Source: Candidatus Limnocylindrales bacterium
Lineage (GTDB): Bacteria > Chloroflexota > Limnocylindria > Limnocylindrales > CSP1-4
Assembly (NCBI GenBank): GCA_036558545.1
Contig: DATBFJ010000027.1
Coordinates: 946-64,945 of the forward strand
Length of the DNA: 64,000 nucleotides
Direction of reading: 5' to 3'
Part shown: piece after piece, positions 54,037-62,169 of the stretch
Layout: each line of letters starts with the position of its first letter
Position numbering within the stretch: position 1 is the first letter of the stretch
Made by a program: the position numbers and the translations under genes
Notes under the pieces: generated by a model
Seen by the model: only the letters and a program-made list of their open reading frames with translations
What the model was told of the DNA's origin: nothing
The model's database searches: none

Positions 54037-55157
54037 CACCAACCGAGCGCTGCCCTGAGCTCCTGCGCTGTGGCACCAGCGAGATGAGGAGCTGTGGCGA
54101 CTCGCGAAGCGGTGTCTGGGTCCTTGAGCCCGTGTCCGGTCAGCACGCATACGATGGTCGCACCGGGGTCCAATCGATGCGCTTCGGCCATCTTGCGAAC
54201 GCCGGCCAGAGACGCGGCCGAGGCAGGCTCGCAGAAGATGCCCTCGTGGCGCGCGAGATCTCGATACGCGGCGAGAATCTCGTCGTCGGTGACTGCCTCG
54301 ATCACGCCGCCCGACTCATCACGGGCGGCCAGTGCCAAAGCACCGCTCGCGGGCCGGCCGATCTTTATCGCCGTCGCCACGGTCTGCGGATTGTCGATGG
54401 GCTTGCCGGTAACGAGCGGCGCTGCGCCGGCAGCCTGAAAGCCCAACAGCACGGGGCGCGTCTCGACCATCTGTGCGTCGCGGTATTCGGTGAATCCCGC
54501 CCAGTACGCGGTGATATTGCCCGCGTTACCGACCGGGATAGCCAGGTAATCGGGTGCGCCGCCAAGGTCCTCGCAGATCTCGAACGCGGCCGTTTTCTGC
54601 CCCGCTATCCGGAAAGGGTTGACCGAGTTGACCAGGGTCGCGATCCGCGCGCCGTCTGAGCGGGTGTCTTCGACGAGCTCGCGCACCGCACTCAGGGCAG
54701 CGTCGAAGTTGCCTTTCACGGCAACCACCTTGGCTCCTGCCGCTTGGGCCTGGAGGAGCTTGCCGGCTGCGATCTGTCCTTCCGGGATGACGACCACGAC
54801 TTCGAGCCCCGTCGCGGCGCCATATGCGGCTGCCGAAGCGGCCGTGTTGCCGGTCGAGGCACAGATGATCGCGCTCGACCCTTGCTCCATCGCCTTGGCA
54901 ACCGCGACGACCATGCCGCGGTCCTTGAACGAGCCCGTTGGGTTCATGCCCTCGACCTTGAGATAGAGCAAAGGGCAGCCGATCATGCGGCCCAGGTTGC
55001 GGGCATGGACGAGCGGCGTATAGCCCTCACCGAGCGTGATGTTCGGCGTGGATCCACTGACCGGAAGAAAGGCCGCGTAGCGCTCCATCAGGCGCGGCCG
55101 GGCGTCGGCCGTCGTGTGTTGCTGACGAAGTTGGCGCAGCACGTCGCTCATGCGCAA
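54036..55157 (-). CDS. thrC: Threonine synthase
   Basis: PLP-lysine block EGMNPTGSFKDRGM, STGNTAASAAAY, and overall fold-type II PLP pattern. Confidence 0.9.
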   Translation of the reverse strand: MRMSDVLRQLRQQHTTADARPRLMERYAAFLPVSGSTPNITLGEGYTPLVHARNLGRMIGCPLLYLKVEGMNPTGSFKDRGMVVAVAKAMEQGSSAIICASTGNTAASAAAYGAATGLEVVVVIPEGQIAAGKLLQAQAAGAKVVAVKGNFDAALSAVRELVEDTRSDGARIATLVNSVNPFRIAGQKTAAFEICEDLGGAPDYLAIPVGNAGNITAYWAGFTEYRDAQMVETRPVLLGFQAAGAAPLVTGKPIDNPQTVATAIKIGRPASGALALAARDESGGVIEAVTDDEILAAYRDLARHEGIFCEPASAASLAGVRKMAEAHRLDPGATIVCVLTGHGLKDPDTASRVATAPHLAGATAQELRAALGW

Positions 55158-55285
55158 TTTGAAATGTCTCCGCTCGTACGCTGCGGCTTCTCGCTGCGCG
55201 GCGGCACGCGACGTCCCGCTGATGCGGGCTGTCGCGACCTCCTCGCGGTCAGATTGTCACGGACGCGCGACTAGACTGCTCAATC

Positions 55286-58200
55286 ATGAGCGGACCCGCC
55301 GTCTGCCCCACCTGCGGCGCGCCTGTGGGGGTTGGCGCCCGCTTCTGCGCGTCGTGCGGCAGCCACCTTGGGCCGGAGCTGGCCGAGGAACGCAAGCTCG
55401 CCACGATCGTCTTCGCCGACGTCACCGGTTCGACCGACCTGGGCGATCAGCTCGATCCCGAGCGCGTCCGGGCACTCCTCCAGGAGTATTTCGCGGCCAT
55501 GGCGGCGATCGTCACGACCTGGGGCGGCACGATCGAGAAGTACATCGGCGATGCGATCCTGGCCGTTTGGGGCGTTCCAGCGGCTCGCGAGGACGACGCA
55601 ATCCGTGCTCTTCACGCGGTGCGCGAGATGATCGACGAGATCGACCGCCTCAACGGATCGTTCAAGGTTCGCCACGGCGTGCAACTGCGCGTCCGCATCG
55701 GCGTGAACACAGGCGAGGTTTTGGCACCAGTTGGTGCTCGACCGGGCGGGCAATTCCTCGTCTCGGGCGATGCCGTGAACGTCGCTTCGCGCCTCGAGCA
55801 GGCCGCCGAACCCGGAACGGCGATCGTCGGCGAGCGGACGTGGGCCAGCGCACGGCACGCCTTCGACTTTGGCGAGCCCTGGTCGCTGCAGCTCAAAGGC
55901 AAGCGCGAGCCGGTTATCGCGCGCGTGCTCCGCGAGCCATTGCACAGCGACGTCCAGCGAACGCCGTTTCAGGGCGCGATGGTCGGCCGGGATCGCGAGC
56001 TCGCCACTGTCATCGGCCTGCTCGACGAGGCGATCGAAGGCGCCAGCCCGCGCCTGGTGCTGATCGCTGGTCCAGCGGGCATCGGCAAGAGCCGGCTGCT
56101 GCGTGAAACGATCAGCGAGGCTGGAGAACGGTTCGATCGGCTGCTGGTGCTCCGTGGTCGCTGCCTGGCGGCCGGCCACGGCATCACCTTCTGGGCGCTC
56201 GGCGAGATCCTGCGCGCGGCCTGTTCCATCTCGCTCGACGAGCCAGCTGAAAGCGCGGTTGCCAAGCTAGAGCAATCTGTCGCCGGGCCGCTGGCATCGA
56301 TCGGCTTGGGCATCGACGACATCGCGCGCACCGTGGCCGCACTGGCCACGAGCGCGAACATCACCCTGCCCGACAACCTGCTCGAAGGCCTCGATCCAGA
56401 GGTTGTCTTCGAAGAAATCTCGCGCTCGTGGCCACGGTTTCTGACCGGTCTCGCTCGATCCTGGCCGTTGGCGATCGTGCTCGAGGACATCCACTGGGCC
56501 GACGATCGGATGCTCACGCTCATCGAGATGCTCGCCGCGCGATCCCAGGGCCAGATCCTGATTGTGGCGACCGCGCGGCCGGAGTTCCTCGAAGCGCACC
56601 CGGGCTTTGGGACGGGCCAGGACATCTCCGTCGTCTCACTTCGGCCGTTGACCGGCGTCCAGAGCGAGCGCCTCATAGACGAGCTCATTGGCTCCGCCGG
56701 ACTGCCGTCCGGAATCGTCGACGAGATGCGCGCCAAGGCCGACGGCAACCCGTTCTTTCTCGAGGAGATGCTCCAGCGCTTCGTCGACGAGGGCGCGCTG
56801 GTCAGCGAAAACGGTGCATGGCATGCAACCGAGCGTGCTGCCACGGTCAAGCTCTCGGACAACGTCCACAGCCTGCTCGCGGCGCGCATCGACGCGCTTC
56901 CTGTGGCCGAAAAGCAGTTTCTGCAGGAAGCATCCGTGGTCGGTCGGATCTTCTGGCCCGGTGCGCTGAGTCGAGAGACCGCATTGTCGCCAGCCGCCGC
57001 TGGCGAGGTGCTGCACTCGCTCGAACGTCGGGGCCTGATTGCCGTGCGGCCCACCTCGACGATCGGTGACGAGCCCGAATACATGTTTCGACACATGCTC
57101 ATCCACGACGTCGCCTACGGCAGCGTTCCAAAGGCACGCCGAGCTCGGGCCCACGCGGATGTCGGGCGGTGGCTCGAGAGCCTCGCCGTTGACCGGCAGG
57201 ATGAGTACGAGGAGCTGATCGCCTATCACTACTCGGCCGCGATCACGGCCGAGGATGCCGACCTGGCGTGGTCCGATCGGCGCGACGAGCACGAGCAAGT
57301 GCGCCGCCGCGCGTTCGAGATGCTCGTCCGCGCCGGAGCCTCGGCGCGCCACCGATTCGCCACGGACAAGGCGCTGCAGCTCCACGGCGAAGCCCTGGCC
57401 ATCGCCAAGGGTACGGCCGAGCTCGCACTGATCCACGAGGAGCTCGGCGACGACCACGAAGCGCTGTACCGTGGCGACGACACGGTTGCGGCGTATCTGG
57501 CAGCGATCGAAGAGGCACGTCAGCTGTCGGATGCCGACGAGCGCATCCCGTCGCTCGTGGCCAAGGCTGCGCGAATGGCCATTCGGTGGGGCGCTTTCCG
57601 TGATGCGCCTCCGGTAGATGAGCTACAGGCACTCATCGCGGAGTGCCTGGCGCGGCCGGTGTCGGACGATGTCCGTGCGCCACTGCTCATCGCATCGGCG
57701 GGCCTGGCGCGCGGTCGCAACAACATCCCGATTGGCGCCGGTCGGACGCTGCTCAGCAAGGATGAGCTGCCTGACCTTGACGAGCGCATCGCCGACGTCG
57801 AGGAGGGCATGCGCATCGCCGAGCAGATCGGCGACCCATCTCTGCAGTACATGGCCTTTGCCTTGCTCTCGATCCTGTACCAGGCCAGCGAGCAGGAACA
57901 ACGCTACCGCGAGAAGTGCGAAGAGGCGCTGTCGCTGATCAACAAGCTGCCCTCGCGCCGTGAGCAGGTCGATCTCCTCGTATCGGTTGCCGGGGCGCGA
58001 GCGGACGCGGGTCGCTACGAAGACTCACTTCTCGCGGGCGAAGATGCGTTCGCCCGATCGACAGATCTCAGCCCACACGAACGGATGCATGCCGCCTGGG
58101 AGATCTATCGCGCCGCGGAGCCGCTGGGTCGTTGGGACCGGATGCTCGAGATCCTGCCGTGGTACGCCGAGGCCGCAGCGAGCGAGGGAGAGGTGACTTG

Positions 58201-58810
58201 TGCGGCGGTCCGTGCCGGCCCCGCCTTGGGCGCCACGGTCCTGGCGCGGCGCGGCGACAGCGATCGCGCCACACTGCTGGTTCCCGTCGCGGTCGACACA
58301 GCGCGCACGAGCACGTTCGGCGGCTCGGCAGTGTCAGCGCTGTACGCCAGCTCTTTGGGCGTGGCCGAGGCCAACCCGATTGTCGACGACGCGCTGTCCA
58401 GACCGAGCTCCGGCTTCATCGGCACCGGCATCGCACCGCTGTTGGATACGCTGGTCGCGCTCGAGCGCTACGACGATCTCGAGCAGTTCCTGCCATTCGC
58501 CGAGGGCCAGGCCTTTGCCAACGAGCTTGCCGCGCCATCGATCGCGCGGGCCAAGGCTGTGCTCGCGTTGCGCCGGGGCGAACGCGAGTCGGCGACAGAC
58601 ATGGTGAGAACCGCCCTCGCTCGATTTACGGAACTCTCGGCAGCGTTCCAGGTGGCCAGGACGAGCGAACTGCTTGCCGAGCTTGTCGACGAACCCGAAC
58701 GAACACGTTTGCTCCGGGCGGCGCTCGACGCCTACGAGGACCTGGGCGCCAACCCGTTTGCCGATCGGATCCGCGCGACGGTCCGCGCAAAAGTGGAGCT
58801 CAGCTCCTAG
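55286..58810 (+). CDS. Zinc-ribbon / class III adenylate-guanylate cyclase / AAA(STAND) ATPase / TPR-like multidomain protein
   Basis: N-terminal CPTCG..FCASCG. Cyclase core ATIVFADVTGSTDL, EKYIGDAILAVWG, RIGVNTGEV, GDAVNVASRLE. P-loop LIAGPAGIGKSRLL with Walker B VLEDIHWAD. A long helical-repeat C-terminus follows. No LuxR-type HTH at the end. Confidence 0.85.
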   Translation: MSGPAVCPTCGAPVGVGARFCASCGSHLGPELAEERKLATIVFADVTGSTDLGDQLDPERVRALLQEYFAAMAAIVTTWGGTIEKYIGDAILAVWGVPAAREDDAIRALHAVREMIDEIDRLNGSFKVRHGVQLRVRIGVNTGEVLAPVGARPGGQFLVSGDAVNVASRLEQAAEPGTAIVGERTWASARHAFDFGEPWSLQLKGKREPVIARVLREPLHSDVQRTPFQGAMVGRDRELATVIGLLDEAIEGASPRLVLIAGPAGIGKSRLLRETISEAGERFDRLLVLRGRCLAAGHGITFWALGEILRAACSISLDEPAESAVAKLEQSVAGPLASIGLGIDDIARTVAALATSANITLPDNLLEGLDPEVVFEEISRSWPRFLTGLARSWPLAIVLEDIHWADDRMLTLIEMLAARSQGQILIVATARPEFLEAHPGFGTGQDISVVSLRPLTGVQSERLIDELIGSAGLPSGIVDEMRAKADGNPFFLEEMLQRFVDEGALVSENGAWHATERAATVKLSDNVHSLLAARIDALPVAEKQFLQEASVVGRIFWPGALSRETALSPAAAGEVLHSLERRGLIAVRPTSTIGDEPEYMFRHMLIHDVAYGSVPKARRARAHADVGRWLESLAVDRQDEYEELIAYHYSAAITAEDADLAWSDRRDEHEQVRRRAFEMLVRAGASARHRFATDKALQLHGEALAIAKGTAELALIHEELGDDHEALYRGDDTVAAYLAAIEEARQLSDADERIPSLVAKAARMAIRWGAFRDAPPVDELQALIAECLARPVSDDVRAPLLIASAGLARGRNNIPIGAGRTLLSKDELPDLDERIADVEEGMRIAEQIGDPSLQYMAFALLSILYQASEQEQRYREKCEEALSLINKLPSRREQVDLLVSVAGARADAGRYEDSLLAGEDAFARSTDLSPHERMHAAWEIYRAAEPLGRWDRMLEILPWYAEAAASEGEVTCAAVRAGPALGATVLARRGDSDRATLLVPVAVDTARTSTFGGSAVSALYASSLGVAEANPIVDDALSRPSSGFIGTGIAPLLDTLVALERYDDLEQFLPFAEGQAFANELAAPSIARAKAVLALRRGERESATDMVRTALARFTELSAAFQVARTSELLAELVDEPERTRLLRAALDAYEDLGANPFADRIRATVRAKVELSS

Positions 58811-59802
58811 CGAGCGAAACCCATCCTCTCGTACATCTGGTCGAGTGTGGGCTGAGCGCTCGAGCGCGCCTTCTCGGCTCCCAGTGTGAGCATCCGACGC
58901 AGCTCCGCGTCGTCCGAGCGCAGCTCGTGGTAACGGGCCTGCAGCGGCGCAAGCAGGTCCACGACTGCTTCGCCCACATCCTGCTTGAACTGGCCGTAGC
59001 CCTGGCCGTCGTAGTCGGCCACGATGTCCTTGACGCTCCGGCCCGTCGCTACGGCCATGATCTCGATCAGGTTCGAGATGCCGGGCTTGGACTCTGGCTC
59101 GTGGACGATCTCGCGCCCGGAGTCGGTAACTGCAGTTTTGAACTTGCGCCTGATCTCGTCCGGCGGATCGACCAGGCGAATGACGCCCGCGGGCGCGCCG
59201 CGCGACGTCGACATCAGCTTGTCGGGCTCCTGGAGGTTGCGCATCCGCGCACCTTCCTGTGGATAGACGCCGCGCGGAACGGTGAAGGTGTCGCCAAAAC
59301 GCTGGTTGAAGCGCTCGGCGATGTTGCGCGTAAGCTCGAGGTGTTGGCGCTGGTCGTCGCCGATCGGCACTATGTCCGCCTGGTACAGCAGGATGTCGCC
59401 GGCCATCAGGACCGGGTAGTTGAAGAGCCCGGCCGAGACGAAATCCTGGCCCTCTGACTTTTCCTTGAACTGGGTCATCCGGCGCAGCTCCCCGTAAGCC
59501 GTCACGGCGCCGAGCAGCCATGCCGCCTCGGCATGCGCGGTGACGTGGCTCTGCACGAAGACCGTCGACCGCTCCGGATCGAGGCCGGTGGCGAACAGCC
59601 ACGCGCCGACAGACAGTGTCGATTCGCGCAACAGGTCGGGATCGAGCGACGTGGTTATCGAGTGCAGATCGACGACACAGAAGAAGGCCTGGCCGCCGTC
59701 GCGAACTGCCTCATCCTGTGTCGCGACGTACTGGCGAAACCCGCCGCTGTAGTTGCCCAGCGTCTTATCGCCAGTGGCACGAATTCCTGAGAACACACGC
59801 AT
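58807..59802 (-). CDS. trpS: Tryptophan--tRNA ligase
   Basis: VFSGIRATGDKTLGNY (HIGH-equivalent), IVPIGDDQRQHLE, and the KMSKS-equivalent KLMSTS. The start is moved to ATG 59802. Confidence 0.85.
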   Translation of the reverse strand: MRVFSGIRATGDKTLGNYSGGFRQYVATQDEAVRDGGQAFFCVVDLHSITTSLDPDLLRESTLSVGAWLFATGLDPERSTVFVQSHVTAHAEAAWLLGAVTAYGELRRMTQFKEKSEGQDFVSAGLFNYPVLMAGDILLYQADIVPIGDDQRQHLELTRNIAERFNQRFGDTFTVPRGVYPQEGARMRNLQEPDKLMSTSRGAPAGVIRLVDPPDEIRRKFKTAVTDSGREIVHEPESKPGISNLIEIMAVATGRSVKDIVADYDGQGYGQFKQDVGEAVVDLLAPLQARYHELRSDDAELRRMLTLGAEKARSSAQPTLDQMYERMGFAR

Positions 59803-59878
59803 ATGTCGCGGATTGTGCCGTATCTCGCGCTCAGCCAGGCCATTGAGCATGCAGGGCCGAAGGTAGACTCAGCGCGCC

Positions 59879-61141
59879 ATGGAAATCCAGCTGCCGGAAT
59901 CCGAGCGACGCTGGCTGCACGCGGCCCTCGTCCTGGGCACCCTGGTCCTTGCCCTCGTGCTCGTCGCCCAGGTGGCAGTGATCCTGTCGTTCTTCAGCGA
60001 CATCCTGCTCGTCCTGCTCCTGGCGTGGCTCCTGGCATTCATGCTCTCGCCGCTCGTCGGCATGCTGGATCGAGCCGTTCCGCAGCTCCCGCGGGTGCTC
60101 GTCGTGGGCGGCGTCTACCTGGGCATGTTCATCATCCTGAGCTGGATCGCGCTGGTCGTCGCAGGCAATCTCGCATCCTCGATCAGCGGCTTCATCACTC
60201 AGCTGCCAACGTTCCAGGCGCGGTTACCGGAGATCCTGGCGCCGATTCAGAGCATCGTCAGCTCGCTCGGCTTCCAGGTTGACGTCGCCGCAACGGCCAA
60301 GGACATCCTTGCGAACCTGGGCAGCCTCGGCGGCAATCTCGTCGAGCCGCTCACCGGCGTCGCCCTTTTCAGCCTCGGCATCGTCGGCAACCTGCTGATC
60401 GTGATCTTCCTGTCGCTCTTCATCCTGCTCGACAAGGACCGCATCCTGGCCTACGCCAATCGGCTCGTACCACCTCAGTACAGCGAGCAGGCAAACCTGT
60501 TCGAGACGAGCGTCGCGTCGTCATTCGGTGGCTTCATTCGTGGCCAGTTCATCCAGGGCCTGATCTATGCGGGCGTCGCGGCGTTCGCCCACATCCTGTT
60601 CGGACTGGATTTCCTGCCCGCGTCGGCCGCGCTCTCTGGCGTCCTGCAGGCGATCCCATTCTTCGGACCGTTCGTGTCCTGGGCGCCGCCTGTCATCGTC
60701 GCCGTTCTGACCAAGCCGGAAGCGGCACTGCCGACGCTGATCGTGATGGGCATTGGCTGGTTCATCGTCATGAACATCGTCCAGCCGCGAGTCATGTCCC
60801 AGGCGATCGGCCTGCATCCGGTGATCGTCCTTGTCTCCGTGCTGATAGGCGTCAAGATCGCCGGCATTGCCGGCGCCGTCTTCGCGCTCCCCTTCGCGGC
60901 GGTGATCGCGGCTTTCTTCCAGCACTTCCTGTCACGCAACGTGCGCGTGCCGCGCGACGTGACGACGATGGCCGCCAAACGCGTCGGTGAACGCGAAGGA
61001 AGACCGGTACGCGTGCCCAAGCCACCGCCCGTGAACGCGGGCGGCTCGGCCGCTGCCAATGAGCCGGTTCCTGACGAAGTGCCCAGCGTTTCGCACAAAT
61101 CCGACACGCCTGCAGAAGCCAACGCCGATTCGTCGGCGTGA
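59879..61141 (+). CDS. AI-2E family transporter (PerM/UPF0118)
   Basis: Eight TM segments, and the LQAIPFFGPFVSWAPP motif typical of the AI-2E family. Confidence 0.8.
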   Translation: MEIQLPESERRWLHAALVLGTLVLALVLVAQVAVILSFFSDILLVLLLAWLLAFMLSPLVGMLDRAVPQLPRVLVVGGVYLGMFIILSWIALVVAGNLASSISGFITQLPTFQARLPEILAPIQSIVSSLGFQVDVAATAKDILANLGSLGGNLVEPLTGVALFSLGIVGNLLIVIFLSLFILLDKDRILAYANRLVPPQYSEQANLFETSVASSFGGFIRGQFIQGLIYAGVAAFAHILFGLDFLPASAALSGVLQAIPFFGPFVSWAPPVIVAVLTKPEAALPTLIVMGIGWFIVMNIVQPRVMSQAIGLHPVIVLVSVLIGVKIAGIAGAVFALPFAAVIAAFFQHFLSRNVRVPRDVTTMAAKRVGEREGRPVRVPKPPPVNAGGSAAANEPVPDEVPSVSHKSDTPAEANADSSA

Positions 61142-62169
61142 CGGACCGCAAAAGCGACATCGCGCGCGACCAGGAAAGAGTCGAGCGGCGCGACGTCGAC
61201 CGTGAGCGAGGCGAGCCACTGGCCCAGCGCGACCGGCGGATGGCTCCGCCGAGGTCGCGCCCGCGCGTCGCGCGACCGCTCGCAGAGTGGGATCCGCGAC
61301 CACGCATCCTCGTCACCAACGACGACGGCATCGAATCGCGCGGCCTGCTGGCGCTCAAGCAGGCTCTCGAGCCACTCGGCGACGTCTACGTTCTCGCGCC
61401 CGAAACGAACCAATCGGCGGTGGGCCACACAAAAACGTTCATGCGTCCGCTCAGAGTCCGTGAACGAACGCTCGCGGACGGCGGTCGTGGTTGGTCGGTA
61501 GACGGCTCTCCGACCGACGCGGTCAGTCTCGCTTTCCTCGGCTACTTCGATGTCGGCGGCTTTGATCTCGTGGCCTCGGGCATCAACTACGGAGCCAACC
61601 TGGGCGACGACATCACGTACTCGGGCACGGTCAGTGCAGCCATGGAAGCGGTCATGTCGTCATGCCCGGCATTCGCGATCTCGCAGGAGTACTACGAGCA
61701 TCCCGATTTCACGCTGGCGGCGCGCATCGCGTACCGAGCTGCCGTGAACATCCTCGAGAACGGCCTCGAGGACGGCGAGCTGATCAACATCAACGTGCCC
61801 GCCGTGCCGCTCGACGAGTTCGGCGGCGTGGAGGTCACGAGGATGGGCAAGCGTATCTACCAGGACGAGCTCGTGGAGCGCCTCGACCCGCGCGGCACGC
61901 CGTATTACTGGATCGGCGGACCACCGCCCTCGGGTCTGGCCGAGCCGGGCACCGACTTCGACGCGGTGGTCAACAAACGCATCGCGGTCACGCCAATCCA
62001 GCTCGATTTGACGGCCCGTCGACTGCTGAGCAGACTCAACAGCTGGAGTTGGACGCTGCCTTCAGATGCGGACGAGAAGGCGCCTTCTGCCACGCCCAGG
62101 ACGACGACAGACGAACGTCAGGACGAAATCGTCACCGCGCAGTCCGAGCCGAAGGAAGAGCGCCGCTAG
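61138..62169 (+). CDS. surE: 5'/3'-nucleotidase SurE with N- and C-terminal extensions
   Basis: ILVTNDDGIESRGLLAL and SGINYGANLGDDITYSGTVSAAMEA are SurE signatures. GTG 61138 overlaps the upstream stop (GTGA). An alternative start is ATG 61240. A charged ~45-aa tail follows the core. Confidence 0.85.
   Translation: MTDRKSDIARDQERVERRDVDRERGEPLAQRDRRMAPPRSRPRVARPLAEWDPRPRILVTNDDGIESRGLLALKQALEPLGDVYVLAPETNQSAVGHTKTFMRPLRVRERTLADGGRGWSVDGSPTDAVSLAFLGYFDVGGFDLVASGINYGANLGDDITYSGTVSAAMEAVMSSCPAFAISQEYYEHPDFTLAARIAYRAAVNILENGLEDGELININVPAVPLDEFGGVEVTRMGKRIYQDELVERLDPRGTPYYWIGGPPPSGLAEPGTDFDAVVNKRIAVTPIQLDLTARRLLSRLNSWSWTLPSDADEKAPSATPRTTTDERQDEIVTAQSEPKEERR

Noticed and set aside
55286-58810. Cyclase-STAND protein as an anti-phage signalling system (CBASS/Pycsar/Avs-like).
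   Set aside because: No effector, nuclease, TIR, SIR2 or membrane-disrupting partner is adjacent. The flanking genes are housekeeping (thrC, trpS). The architecture matches common regulatory cyclase-ATPase-TPR proteins.
61138-61260. Charged N-terminal extension of SurE as a separate small gene.
   Set aside because: It is in frame and continuous with the SurE core. Either the GTG at 61138 (GTGA overlap with the transporter stop) or the ATG at 61240 could be the start. There is no evidence for an independent ORF.
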